Assembly (NCBI GenBank): GCA_044224525.1
Contig: JBGAKI010000028.1
Coordinates: 1-34,830 of the forward strand
Length of the DNA: 34,830 nucleotides
Source: Polyangiales bacterium
Lineage (GTDB): Bacteria > Myxococcota_A > Polyangia > Polyangiales > CBDCBC01
Direction: 5' to 3'
Below are positions 9,246 to 19,014 of this stretch, piece after piece. Position numbers and translations under genes: made by a program. Position 1 is the stretch's first letter. Every line of letters begins with the position of its first letter. A model generated the notes under the pieces. The model did not search any database and was not told the origin of the DNA. It was given only the letters and a program-made list of their open reading frames with translations.

Positions 9246-10004
9246 CTAATTGTCGCTAGGCATTGGTATAACGGGAAGACCCGCAAGGGGCTCACAAAGT
9301 TTAAAGTTTTCCTTCACCGCGAGTACCAAAAAGTTGAACGGATTACTTTGATGACCGTCCAATACCGCTTGCCCGGCTTTTGAAGGATGATTAGCATCAG
9401 CAAAGTCGTTTGCGTTCCAAAAACAGTCGTCGTCTTTGCTAAGGGGTATCTCGGGATCACGCTGCTGCGTAAAGCGGGTCTGCGCCATCAGCATTCCATC
9501 CTGATATGAAATGCGATAGTCCCTCCACCATTGATCGCTTCCCTGCTGAAAAGCGACATGGTGGCTATCACTCATGTTCAGCATATATTCGCTTATCCTC
9601 GGACTATCCGCGTTAACCGCATCGGCAAGCCCCTTAACAAAAGCTTTCATTTTTTCTATGGTTTCGGGTGCTCCCTCAATATCGCCAAAGTACCGCGCGA
9701 AGATTTTTCCAGTTTCATCTTCCATGACCTTCATAAGAGCAGGGCAAAAACCATTCACTTCCAGCGCAATCGTGAACACACACAAGCCTGGGTTAATGGC
9801 GAAGTTAAAATCACCACAGGTTAACTTCTTCTCGGGTGGAGGATCTGCCTGAACCCGACCCAAAAAACCCATTACCGGCAAAGTCAACGCAACTACACAA
9901 ATCACTGATAACACAACTAATTTTATCTGTATGACCCGTCGCATAGACTGAACGATAGCATCGTTTATGATTCGGTCCAGCATCAACGGACCTGGCTCAT
10001 GCAC
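9246..10004 (-). CDS. Hypothetical membrane-anchored or secreted protein
   Basis: Internal Met of MRRVIQIKLVVLSVICVVALTLPVMGFLG gives a signal-anchor, so the real start is probably near 9942. No family recognised. Confidence 0.4.
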   Translation of the reverse strand: MHEPGPLMLDRIINDAIVQSMRRVIQIKLVVLSVICVVALTLPVMGFLGRVQADPPPEKKLTCGDFNFAINPGLCVFTIALEVNGFCPALMKVMEDETGKIFARYFGDIEGAPETIEKMKAFVKGLADAVNADSPRISEYMLNMSDSHHVAFQQGSDQWWRDYRISYQDGMLMAQTRFTQQRDPEIPLSKDDDCFWNANDFADANHPSKAGQAVLDGHQSNPFNFLVLAVKENFKLCEPLAGLPVIPMPSDN

Positions 10005-10033
10005 TCAAGTCGCGATGACCATGACCCAAAACG

Positions 10034-10822
10034 CTAGCGAAACGAATTACGGGCCTGCCTTAACGCAGCAAACACATCGACCGGATCACACGACGGTTGA
10101 GGAGTCTGATTCCTCACAAAGTTTTGAACGCTCGTTTCATCGACCCGCAAAAACGGATTCGTACGCAGCTCTTCGGCGATGCTCCCCGGCACACTCGGTT
10201 GATCTTCAAGCGTCGACTGCTCAAGCGCGCGCAGTCGCTCGCGCACATCAACGTTGTCAGGCTCGACGCGAAAAGCAAAACCCAGATTGGTTTGGGTGTA
10301 CTCGTGCCCACAATAAATCAGCGTGCTTGGCGCAAGCTGCGCCAGTCGCTCAAGCGACGCATGCAGCATGGCCGCTGTACCCTCAAACAGTCGTCCGCAA
10401 CCCGCCAAAAAAAGCGTGTCGCCGCTAAACAAATGTTTCTCGTCGACCACATACGACATCGCACCCAGTGTATGCCCTGGCGTAAACAAAGCGCGCACCG
10501 ACAACCCCTCCACGTCAAAGCGTTGCTCATCAATCACGGCATCGGTCAGCCCGGGAATACGGCTTTTCTCGGCATCGTACGCACTGCCAAAAACCCGAGC
10601 CTTGGGCCAGGTTTTCACAAGCTCAAGAATACCACCAACATGATCAGCGTGGTGATGCGTGCATAAGATCGCACCCAGCTCAAGCCCTTCGTGATCAAGA
10701 TATGCTTTGACCGAACCACCCGCACCCGGATCCACCACCACCACACGTTGTGCACCATTGCCGCGCAAAACATAGCAGTAGTTGTCGATCAGTATCGGCA
10801 AAACCTCGATCTGCATCACCAA
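10034..10822 (-). CDS. gloB: Hydroxyacylglutathione hydrolase (glyoxalase II), metallo-beta-lactamase fold
   Basis: IDNYCYVL, THHHADHVGG (HxHxDH zinc motif), TPGHTLGA and CGHEYT are all collinear with GloB. Confidence 0.85.
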   Translation of the reverse strand: MVMQIEVLPILIDNYCYVLRGNGAQRVVVVDPGAGGSVKAYLDHEGLELGAILCTHHHADHVGGILELVKTWPKARVFGSAYDAEKSRIPGLTDAVIDEQRFDVEGLSVRALFTPGHTLGAMSYVVDEKHLFSGDTLFLAGCGRLFEGTAAMLHASLERLAQLAPSTLIYCGHEYTQTNLGFAFRVEPDNVDVRERLRALEQSTLEDQPSVPGSIAEELRTNPFLRVDETSVQNFVRNQTPQPSCDPVDVFAALRQARNSFR

Positions 10823-10853
10823 GCTTATACCATGCTATGAATACATTCCCAAC

Positions 10854-11474
10854 ATGCCCAAAGACGCAAAAAACACATTGCGCATTATCGGCGGAAAACT
10901 GCGCGGTCAGCGCTTTCGCGCACTCGCTGACGAATCACTGCGCCCAACACGTGACCGGGTGCGCGAGGCCATCGCTTCAGCGCTACAAGCCCGCCACGCC
11001 ATCATCGATGCACGGGTGCTTGACCTCTTTGCCGGTAACGGCGCTTATGGTTTTGAAATGCTCTCATGGGGCGCCAAACACGCGCTCTTTGTCGACAACG
11101 ACGCCAAGGTACTGAGCCATATTCGTCAAGTCGCAGCCGAGCTAAACTTAGCGTCACAGACACATACCCAACCAGCGGATCTGCTCGCGCGACCCAAAAG
11201 TGCCGCGCTCACTCTTTCAAGTTCACCACACGCGCCCTTCTCGCTTGTTTTTGTCGACCCGCCTTATGCTGAAACCGCAAACAGTGTCGTGCTGCTTCAA
11301 GAGCTCGCCATGCAAGGTGCACTGGCCAACGACGCTTGGCTCATCATCGAACACGCCACCGATAGCCCACCTGAACTGGGCGAACCCTTCGATATCGAAA
11401 AGCGGTTTCGCTATGGTACAACCTCGATTATACTCGCTCAGCTGCCAGCCAACCCCACCGAGCACACCTCATGA
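10854..11474 (+). CDS. rsmD: 16S rRNA (guanine966-N2)-methyltransferase RsmD
   Basis: LRIIGGKLRGQRF, DLFAGNGAYGFEMLSWGA (SAM-binding glycine motif) and VFVDPPY (DPPY catalytic motif). Start is placed at ATG 10854 rather than the track's 10782. The stop overlaps the coaD start (ATGA), the conserved rsmD-coaD pair. Confidence 0.85.
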   Translation: MPKDAKNTLRIIGGKLRGQRFRALADESLRPTRDRVREAIASALQARHAIIDARVLDLFAGNGAYGFEMLSWGAKHALFVDNDAKVLSHIRQVAAELNLASQTHTQPADLLARPKSAALTLSSSPHAPFSLVFVDPPYAETANSVVLLQELAMQGALANDAWLIIEHATDSPPELGEPFDIEKRFRYGTTSIILAQLPANPTEHTS

Positions 11475-11962
11475 GTAGCGCAATATACCCGGGCTCCTTT
11501 GATCCGCTCACCAACGGGCATCTGTCGATCATACACAACGGCCTAGTCGCCTTCGATCGCATAACCATTGCGGTGCTGACCAACCCCAAAAAGCAAGCGT
11601 TGTTTACCGTCAACGAGCGTCTCGAGATGCTGCAAGAGATCTTCAAAGACGAGCCACGCATTGAGGTCGAATCATTTGACGGATTGCTTGTCGACTATGC
11701 ACGCACCAAAAATATTCGCGTGATCTTGCGCGGACTGCGCGCCGTTGCAGACTTTGAGTACGAACTTCAGATGGCCAACATGAATCGTCACCTAGACAAC
11801 CAGCTCGAAACGGTTTTCATCATGGCGCAAGACGCCTATTTTTACGTGAGCTCGAACATTGTTAAAGAAGCGGCCATATTGGGCGGCGACGTATCGCGAC
11901 TTGTGCCACCTGTTGTAGCAACCAGGTTGCGCGCAAAACTGAAAACCGCTTCAAGTCGCTGA
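11471..11962 (+). CDS. coaD: Phosphopantetheine adenylyltransferase
   Basis: IYPGSFDPLTNGHL (HxGH nucleotidyltransferase motif), 163 aa, collinear with CoaD to its C-terminus. Confidence 0.9.
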   Translation: MSSAIYPGSFDPLTNGHLSIIHNGLVAFDRITIAVLTNPKKQALFTVNERLEMLQEIFKDEPRIEVESFDGLLVDYARTKNIRVILRGLRAVADFEYELQMANMNRHLDNQLETVFIMAQDAYFYVSSNIVKEAAILGGDVSRLVPPVVATRLRAKLKTASSR

Positions 11963-13038
11963 GCGTTGAGCTTATAGATGGGCGCGCGCAAAAGTCGCTG
12001 AGCTCGCAGTAACTTCATCGCTTCGATATCATCAAGACCCACCTTGCCGTGCCACAAATCGTTGATCGCGCATTGTTTTGCGCCGATCGCTTCGCCCACA
12101 CGCTGCCAACCTAGCAAATATGCGATATCGCGATACGTGCCGCCTGCACGAAAGGTGCGTTCGGCGATTTGCACAGCGCACACAATATCAAAATGATGTG
12201 TATCGACCAATGTTCGCACCACATCGTTAAAGCTTGCACCTTCATCCAGCCAACACACCGCAAGCGCGCGCGCCAGCACAACGCGTAAACGCGCACTGTC
12301 CATCGAACCGCTATGCTCTTCAAGATAAAGCGCAAGCCCCTCTTGATCGGTAAACGACCCTGCGGTGCCAATCCCAAAGATCGCCAAAGGTTGCGAACGC
12401 CCATTGGCGCCACTAATTAAGTGAGCACCAATTTCATGAAAACACAGCCTGAGCGCATTGAGCATACTTAAGGGCTGCGCCTTAATAAAAATCGTGTTCT
12501 CGCCCACGGCCGCGTCGGCCATCAGATCAGTGCGCTCCTCGATCATCGGCGTCAGCCCCGCTGCGTGCGCAAATGCGCGCATGAGTTCTTGAACCTGACC
12601 CGATTCCAGCATTGCACTCTTCTGACCCGCATCAACAGGCGTCGCTTTAAGTGTCCGTGTCGCGTGGCTCTTCACTTTGGTAAGCGCCTGTCGCCCCACA
12701 TAAAGCGTTTTGCCTATTTTTCGGATGCCGCGAGTGTCGACCGCTTGCATCAACGCAAGCTCAAGTCGCAACTCTTCAAGGCGCGTGCGATGCCATTTAG
12801 GCAAGAACACGTCATCGACCAGCTTTTCACAGCGCTTAATCCAAAGCGGTAACGCGCTGGCCATCTCTATTTTTTTATAAACCCAATGCGGCTTACACAC
12901 CTTATTGCGTGTCGCCGCTTCGATGAGCTGCGCGCGTTCTTCGGCAACGTTGCTCGGCGTAAGCGCCGCGAGCACAGATGCTTGCTTAGCAATCAGCCTC
13001 AAGAAGCGGTCAAACTCGCTTTGGGCTGGTGTAAGCAT
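11842..13038 (-). CDS. DUF1704 / QEGLA-motif family protein with HExxH (putative zinc metallopeptidase; the family annotated as flavohaemoglobin expression-modulating QEGLA protein)
   Basis: Contains FHEIGAH (HExxH) and the diagnostic DQEGLALYLE (QEGLA) motif. The 3' end overlaps coaD convergently by about 120 nt. Confidence 0.65.
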   Translation of the reverse strand: MLTPAQSEFDRFLRLIAKQASVLAALTPSNVAEERAQLIEAATRNKVCKPHWVYKKIEMASALPLWIKRCEKLVDDVFLPKWHRTRLEELRLELALMQAVDTRGIRKIGKTLYVGRQALTKVKSHATRTLKATPVDAGQKSAMLESGQVQELMRAFAHAAGLTPMIEERTDLMADAAVGENTIFIKAQPLSMLNALRLCFHEIGAHLISGANGRSQPLAIFGIGTAGSFTDQEGLALYLEEHSGSMDSARLRVVLARALAVCWLDEGASFNDVVRTLVDTHHFDIVCAVQIAERTFRAGGTYRDIAYLLGWQRVGEAIGAKQCAINDLWHGKVGLDDIEAMKLLRAQRLLRAPIYKLNAQRLEAVFSFARNLVATTGGTSRDTSPPNMAASLTMFELT

Positions 13039-13044
13039 ACGCCC

Positions 13045-14382
13045 TCAGAGTAGCTGCGTCGCGCGCTCGGCAAGCAAACTGCGCTCGCCTTTGAGCAGCC
13101 GCACATGCCCAGCCAGTGTTTCGTTTTTAAACCGCTCAGCCACCATGGCTAAACCGTTACTCGCCGCATCCACATACGGGTTATCGATCTGTTCCGGATC
13201 GCCCGTCAACACGATCTTTGTGTCAGTCCCCGCCCGCGTGATGATCGTCTTCACTTCATGGGGCGTTAGATTCTGCGCTTCGTCCACAATCAAGAACTGA
13301 TTCGGAAGCGATCGTCCACGAATATACGTGAGCGGCTCAACTTCGATCGTGCCCGCTGCCAAAAGTTCTTCATAACTACGCGATGACATGCCACGTCCGC
13401 GCCCCGTCGAAAAAATAAACTCAAGGTTATCAAAAATTGGTTTCATCCACGGGTTAAGTTTTTCTTCAAGCGACCCTGGTAAATAACCCACATCACGCCC
13501 GAGCGGAAAAATCGGTCTCGACACCACCAAGCGCCCATACACACCTTCATCGAGCACTTTCTTCAACCCCGCCGCCACCGCCATCAACGTTTTGCCCGTG
13601 CCCGCTTTACCAAGCAAGGTCACCAAGTGAATGCGCTCATCGAGCAACAAATCAAGCGCAAAACGTTGCTCAAGATTGCGCGCCTTAATGCCCGACACGC
13701 CGTCCTTGGTGCCTAACAGTGGCCGCACCAATTTTTCCTGCGCGTCGTATCGCGCCAAAACCGCGTGGCTGGGCTGACCCACGTCGGTCAACACGATGCC
13801 AATATTCGGTAACCAGTTTTCGGTGTTCTCAAAATCTGTGATCGGTACCGTCTCGCGGCGCCCTAGTTTATCGATCACGCTCGCTGCAGCTTGCACCTCG
13901 ATCACGCCATGATCGCCGTTGTCGATCGATATGCGCGCACCCTCATAGTTCTCGGTGTACAAACCAAGTGCATCTGCACGAATGCGCAGGTTGCTGTCCA
14001 TCGTCACAAAAATCGTCGGTGTGTCGGGATACTTATCGCGCACATCAAGCGCCGTGCGCACGATCGCGCGATCCATCGCCGCGCCATCAAGTTCATGCAA
14101 AGGCAAAGGCTCTGCAAGCACAGCCACGCGCAATCGCCCACCGTTCTCAAGGGCCACACCCGATTGTAAGTTCGCGCCATTTTGCGCCGATTGCAATCTC
14201 AGCTCGTCCACATAACGGGCGATCTGCCGCGCATTACGCCCGCGTTCGCTCATCTCGCGTTTGAAGTGATCGATCTCTTCGATCACCTGAATCGGAATCA
14301 CCACCGAGTTATCTTCAAACTTAAAGATCGCCTGCGGGTCGTGAAGCAAGACGTTGGTATCAAGAACGTATATTTTATGCAC
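13045..14382 (-). CDS. PhoH2-type protein: N-terminal PIN nuclease domain fused to a PhoH-like ATPase
   Basis: VLDTNVLLHDP..IPIQVIEEID (PIN acidic residues). Walker A GKAGTGKT. FLIVDEAQNLT (DEAQ Walker B). C-terminus typical of PhoH. Confidence 0.85.
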   Translation of the reverse strand: MHKIYVLDTNVLLHDPQAIFKFEDNSVVIPIQVIEEIDHFKREMSERGRNARQIARYVDELRLQSAQNGANLQSGVALENGGRLRVAVLAEPLPLHELDGAAMDRAIVRTALDVRDKYPDTPTIFVTMDSNLRIRADALGLYTENYEGARISIDNGDHGVIEVQAAASVIDKLGRRETVPITDFENTENWLPNIGIVLTDVGQPSHAVLARYDAQEKLVRPLLGTKDGVSGIKARNLEQRFALDLLLDERIHLVTLLGKAGTGKTLMAVAAGLKKVLDEGVYGRLVVSRPIFPLGRDVGYLPGSLEEKLNPWMKPIFDNLEFIFSTGRGRGMSSRSYEELLAAGTIEVEPLTYIRGRSLPNQFLIVDEAQNLTPHEVKTIITRAGTDTKIVLTGDPEQIDNPYVDAASNGLAMVAERFKNETLAGHVRLLKGERSLLAERATQLL

Positions 14383-14503
14383 TGTAGCTTGATCCTACCA
14401 GAACTCGCACCCATTTGGCCCTTTTTGCTTTCATAAAAACCACGCGTTTAAGGATACATTCGAAGTTGATACGATCTTAAAACCACGCTATATTCAACAC
14501 CGC

Positions 14504-15133
14504 TTGATCTACCTATTAAGTATCGTTGAGGCATTTTTCGTTCTGTTGACCAGCAGTTGCGAATATACGGACGTCCATCAGGCAAGCACCCACGCCGCCC
14601 AAGAGTCGCTCGGGCCCCCTCCGACAACCTTGTCAGCATCTGAAAGCACGCGAGTGATCGGCCGGTTCTGTTACTACCAAAGGCAGGCAACACTGACACT
14701 TTGCGCCGAATTTCCAAAAAACGCAGAGCCATTTCTGTTTAACCTCAATACCTTCTCCTCGAACCACATACTTTCCAGTAAGCACTTCTTTCGCACGGAA
14801 ACGCTGTCGCAACTTTCGCTTAGCGAGACGCTTCTCAGCCTAAAAGCAGTCGACACAATCCATCGTAGCGATCTACTTATCGACATACACCGCACCTCAG
14901 CCACCGAGCTAACCTACACCTACCTTTATCGTCTGCCCGGCAAACACGATTGCCAGGATCCCCAAGCGACCATCCAACGTCTGATGCGCTCGGTGGAGCC
15001 CACATTGACGCTGTACGTTAAACTTGAAAACCATCTTTATGACATGCTCAGCGACACCTGCTTTGACCTATATCCCGACCGCGACGCCGATTGCGACGCA
15101 AAAAGTGACCTGAAAACACCTCCGGTCGACTGA
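14504..15133 (+). CDS. Doubtful ORF (hypothetical small lipoprotein?) in an 860-bp divergent region upstream of prkA
   Basis: Hydrophobic N-terminus ending LLTSSC. Lower GC than its neighbours and no recognisable motifs. Could instead be non-coding leader or regulatory DNA. Confidence 0.25.
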   Translation: MIYLLSIVEAFFVLLTSSCEYTDVHQASTHAAQESLGPPPTTLSASESTRVIGRFCYYQRQATLTLCAEFPKNAEPFLFNLNTFSSNHILSSKHFFRTETLSQLSLSETLLSLKAVDTIHRSDLLIDIHRTSATELTYTYLYRLPGKHDCQDPQATIQRLMRSVEPTLTLYVKLENHLYDMLSDTCFDLYPDRDADCDAKSDLKTPPVD

Positions 15134-15245
15134 TTAAACGCCACACATCTTCGGCTGAAGAAAGCTGGCAAAAGAAGCGGCTGCGGTGGTACCATAAACG
15201 CTAGAAGGTGTGTGCGCAGTGAAGTCCCATCTCTAAGGAGCGTTC

Positions 15246-17324
15246 ATGACAGCCAGCACGAGCAATAGCCCTCAAATGCCAATGACCGCGCGTATCGCCG
15301 CGCTGCAAGATTTCGATCTTTATCGCGACTTGCATTGGGAGGGTTCGTTCGAAGATTATTTGCGTGTGGTACGCGAACGTCCGCAGTCGACGCGCAACGC
15401 GTTTCAGCGCCTTTACGACATGGTGATTAGCTTCGGCGAAGAAGAGTACATCGATAACAAAAAGAAGCTCACCCGTTACCCATTCTTTGACGATCCCTTG
15501 GAGCAAGGCAAAGACGCCATCTTTGGTTTAGACATCCCACTGATGCGCTTGGTGCATGTATTGCGCGCCGCAGCTTCAGGTTTAGGCCCAGAAAAGCGCA
15601 TTATTCTGCTTCACGGCCCGGTCGGCTCTTCAAAGAGCACGATTGCAAGGCTACTCAAAAAAGGCATCGAACATTACTCGCGTACGCCCGAAGGCGCGCT
15701 TTATACATACAAATGGGTCAACCTCAAGGGCACGGGGCTTACCGTCGGCGAAGAGGATGAGTTCCCTTGCCCCATGCACGAAGAACCTTTGCGCTTGATC
15801 CCGCTCGAGTGGCGCGAACGTGCGATGAAAGATCTGGCACTCGGCAACGATCGTTATCGCGTCAAAGTCGAAGGCGACATGAACCCGGCCTGCCGCTTTA
15901 TCTTCAGCGCGTTGTTGAAACGTTATAACGGCGACTGGTCCAAAATGATCAGCCAACATGTGCGCGTCAACCGTTTGGTGCTCAGCGAAAAAGATCGCAT
16001 CGGCATCGGCACCTTTCAGCCCAAAGACGAAAAAAACCAGGACTCGACCGAGCTAACAGGCGACATCAACTATCGCAAAATCGCCGAATACGGCTCTGAT
16101 TCGGACCCGCGCGCGTTTAACTTCGACGGCGAGTTCAACATCGCCAATCGAGGTTTGGTTGAGTTTGTTGAGGTGCTCAAACTCGACGTTGCTTTCTTGT
16201 ACGATCTTTTGGGCGCCACCCAAGAACACAAAATCAAACCTAAAAAGTTTGCCCAAACCGATATCGACGAAGTCATCATCGGTCACACCAACGAGGCTGA
16301 GTACCGCAAACTCTTAGAAAACGAGTTCATGGAAGCGTTGCGCGATCGCACGATCAAGATCGACATCCCGTATATCACCAAACTCAAAGAAGAGCAGCGC
16401 ATTTACAACAAAGAGTTCTCAAGTGAACGCTTGCGCGGTAAACACGTCGCACCACACACCTTTACCGTCGCCGCGATGTGGACCGTACTCACCCGTCTTG
16501 AAACACCCAAAAAACACGATCTGTCGGTGCTGCAAAAACTCAAGCTTTATGATGGCAAAACCTTGCCAGGTTATACGCAAGACACCGTCAAAGAGTTGCG
16601 CAAAGAGGCGCGCCGCGAAGGCATGGAAGGCATCTCACCGCGTTACGCACAAGACAAAATCTCCAACGCCTTGGTGCGCGAGGGCTCAGAAGGTTATGTC
16701 AACCCCTTCATGGTCATCAACGAGCTTGAAAAAGGCCTCGAGCATCATTCATTGATTGCCGACGAAGATCAGCGTCGGCGCTTCAAAGAACTGATCGGTG
16801 TTGTCAAAGCTGAATATGAAGAGATCGTGAAAAACGAAGTGCAGCGTGCGATTAGCGCCGACGAAGAAGCGATCAATCGTTTGTGTTCAAACTACATCGA
16901 CAACGTACGTGCATACACACTGCGTGAAAAGGTTAAGAATCGCTATACGGGCAAAGACGAAGAACCTGATGAGCGTTTGATGCGTTCGATCGAAGAAAAG
17001 ATCGACATCCCCGAAGGCCGCAAAGACGATTTCCGCCGCGAGATCATGAACTACATCGGAGGCCTCGCGATCGAAGGCAAGAAGTTCACCTACGACACCA
17101 ACGAGCGCCTGCGCCGCGCACTCGAAATGAAGCTATTTGAGGATCAAAAAGACTCAATCAAGCTTAGCACGCTGGTCTCCAACGTTATCGACAAAGAGAC
17201 ACAAGACAAAATTGACATTATTAAGAATCGCCTCATCAAACATTACGGTTACAATGAGGCGTCCGCGAGCGATGTGCTCTCATTTGTTGCGAGTATTTTT
17301 GCCCGCGGCGATGTCAAAGGCTAG
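15246..17324 (+). CDS. prkA: PrkA-family serine protein kinase (AAA-type ATPase N-domain), PrkA/YeaG
   Basis: Walker [13 protein letters not shown]. 692 aa, PrkA-like throughout. TAAGGAG sits 7 nt upstream of the ATG. Confidence 0.9.
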   Translation: MTASTSNSPQMPMTARIAALQDFDLYRDLHWEGSFEDYLRVVRERPQSTRNAFQRLYDMVISFGEEEYIDNKKKLTRYPFFDDPLEQGKDAIFGLDIPLMRLVHVLRAAASGLGPEKRIILLHGPVGSSKSTIARLLKKGIEHYSRTPEGALYTYKWVNLKGTGLTVGEEDEFPCPMHEEPLRLIPLEWRERAMKDLALGNDRYRVKVEGDMNPACRFIFSALLKRYNGDWSKMISQHVRVNRLVLSEKDRIGIGTFQPKDEKNQDSTELTGDINYRKIAEYGSDSDPRAFNFDGEFNIANRGLVEFVEVLKLDVAFLYDLLGATQEHKIKPKKFAQTDIDEVIIGHTNEAEYRKLLENEFMEALRDRTIKIDIPYITKLKEEQRIYNKEFSSERLRGKHVAPHTFTVAAMWTVLTRLETPKKHDLSVLQKLKLYDGKTLPGYTQDTVKELRKEARREGMEGISPRYAQDKISNALVREGSEGYVNPFMVINELEKGLEHHSLIADEDQRRRFKELIGVVKAEYEEIVKNEVQRAISADEEAINRLCSNYIDNVRAYTLREKVKNRYTGKDEEPDERLMRSIEEKIDIPEGRKDDFRREIMNYIGGLAIEGKKFTYDTNERLRRALEMKLFEDQKDSIKLSTLVSNVIDKETQDKIDIIKNRLIKHYGYNEASASDVLSFVASIFARGDVKG

Positions 17325-17384
17325 TTTGCAATTACGGCAAGCTCGCCGCGATGTGGTTTCATTTCAAAAGAGTAGGCAATCACG

Positions 17385-18371
17385 ATGATAAGAAGTGCGC
17401 ATTTCTTTATTGGATATTGTGCGTTCGCGCTCATGCTAGGTGTGTTCGGCGTGCTCGGCATGCACAACACTGCCCACGCTGCTGACAATGCTCGCAATCT
17501 GTTTATGCGCGGACAAACAGCCTATAAACAAGGCGATTACGAAGGCGCCATCGCAAGCTGGCAACAAGCCTACACGCAAGACCCACGACCGCTTCTCAAA
17601 TACAACATTGCTCAAGCCTACGAACGCCTGGGCAAGCTCGAGCAAGCGATCAAAGAGCTCGACGAATACCTGGCCAACGCCCCAGCCAATGATCCCTATC
17701 AAGCCGACGCCCGCGCAAAACGTGCACAGCTTGGCGCCAGATTACAAGCCACGGGCATTCGCATTAGTGGGGCACCCGACGGCGCAAAAATTGTCATCGA
17801 TCAGAAAGAATGGGGCTTCACCCCCAGGCCCGACGCCATCCAGCTAACGCCTGGCGCCCACCGCGTTGAACTCAGCGCCAAAGGCTATCGTGCATTCACC
17901 TCGATGGTCGTGGTGCCCGCAGGCGAATCGGTTGATGTGCCTGTACAGATGGAAGCACTTAGTGAAAGCGAGCTGGCCAGTGCTGAAGGGGGCGAAGATG
18001 GCGAGAACACAAGCAGCTCACATGGGCCTCGACGTACCTTTAAAAAAAGCGTGCCGGTTTTGCCAATTGTGCTGCTTGGTGTAGGTGGCGCGGGTCTGAT
18101 CGCCGGAGGCTTTTTGGGTTTGCGTGCGCTTAGTAAAGCAAGCAATGCGCTGCCTGGCACATCTGCTGCTCAATCGGCAGAAAACCTGGCGCTTGCAGCC
18201 GATATTGGCTTTGGTGTTGGAATCGCTGCCATGACCACAGGCATTATCTTGTGGATGGTCGACGATGGCGACACCGAGCTCGTCGAACGCGACACGCGCA
18301 AACAGGCGTGGCACATCACACCAACGTTCTCGACCCAAACCGCTGGCGTTAGCGGAGGCTTCTCGTTTTAG
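17385..18371 (+). CDS. TPR-repeat and PEGA-domain membrane protein
   Basis: N-terminal signal/TM. TPR-like helices (GQTAYKQGDYEGAIASWQQAY, YNIAQAYERLGKLEQAI). PEGA-like beta-sandwich (GAKIVIDQKEWGFTP..LTPGAHRVELSAKGYRAFTSMVVVPAGESVDV). C-terminal TM segments. Confidence 0.7.
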   Translation: MIRSAHFFIGYCAFALMLGVFGVLGMHNTAHAADNARNLFMRGQTAYKQGDYEGAIASWQQAYTQDPRPLLKYNIAQAYERLGKLEQAIKELDEYLANAPANDPYQADARAKRAQLGARLQATGIRISGAPDGAKIVIDQKEWGFTPRPDAIQLTPGAHRVELSAKGYRAFTSMVVVPAGESVDVPVQMEALSESELASAEGGEDGENTSSSHGPRRTFKKSVPVLPIVLLGVGGAGLIAGGFLGLRALSKASNALPGTSAAQSAENLALAADIGFGVGIAAMTTGIILWMVDDGDTELVERDTRKQAWHITPTFSTQTAGVSGGFSF

Positions 18372-18381
18372 GCCTTGCGTT

Positions 18382-18966
18382 ATGATCACGTTGCCTAAAT
18401 TCTCGGTGGCCGCTTGCTTGACCCTAAGTTTGATCGGTTGCTCGGTCGTCGTTCATAACAAGATTAAAGACAACAAGCCGCAAATCGAGCTTTGCAGCAC
18501 GGAAGCCGAAAGCAACATTTGCAACGACGGCAACCAGTGCAATGGCCTCGAAGCATGCAATCCAAACGCGGAAACCGCGGACGAACGCGGCTGTGTGGGC
18601 GGCAACCCCGCCGCCGATGGCATCACCTGCGACAGCGACGGCAATGCCGACACCATCGACATCTGCGTTAAAGGCACCTGCGTATTCAAGAAGGGATGCG
18701 GTGATGGGTTTGTCGACACTGCTGCCCAAGAGATTTGCGACGACGGCAACACCGTTGAAGACGACGGCTGCAAAACCGATTGCACATTTACTTGCACCGG
18801 CGACACTGACTGCGTGGCGTTGCTTGGCACCAACGTGTGCACCGATAACCCTCGTTGCAATAAAGACGCACATCGCTGCATCGCGGGCAACCTACGCAAT
18901 GGGCTCAGCTGCACCATCGAATCGAATGCAGCTGGTACCTGTCAAAACGGTGAATGTGTTCCCTGA
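18382..18966 (+). CDS. Cys-rich repeat lipoprotein, short form (Myxococcus-type cysteine-rich repeat)
   Basis: Start placed at ATG 18382 (MITLPKFSVAACLTLSLIGC; lipobox LIGC), 10 nt after the upstream stop. Repeat CGDGFVDTAAQEICDDGNTVEDDGCKTDCTF. 194 aa with about 26 Cys. Confidence 0.7.
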   Translation: MITLPKFSVAACLTLSLIGCSVVVHNKIKDNKPQIELCSTEAESNICNDGNQCNGLEACNPNAETADERGCVGGNPAADGITCDSDGNADTIDICVKGTCVFKKGCGDGFVDTAAQEICDDGNTVEDDGCKTDCTFTCTGDTDCVALLGTNVCTDNPRCNKDAHRCIAGNLRNGLSCTIESNAAGTCQNGECVP

Positions 18967-19014
18967 GCCATAGGTCAACTGATCGATGTTGAATTGAAAG
19001 AAGGAGTCGCTGCT

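Noticed and set aside
15195-15212. Sigma-54 (-24/-12) promoter upstream of prkA
   Set aside because: The spacing fits (GG-N10-GC) but the -12 element ACGCT is a poor match to TTGCW and there is one mismatch in the -24 box. It is kept only as a note inside a low-interest finding.
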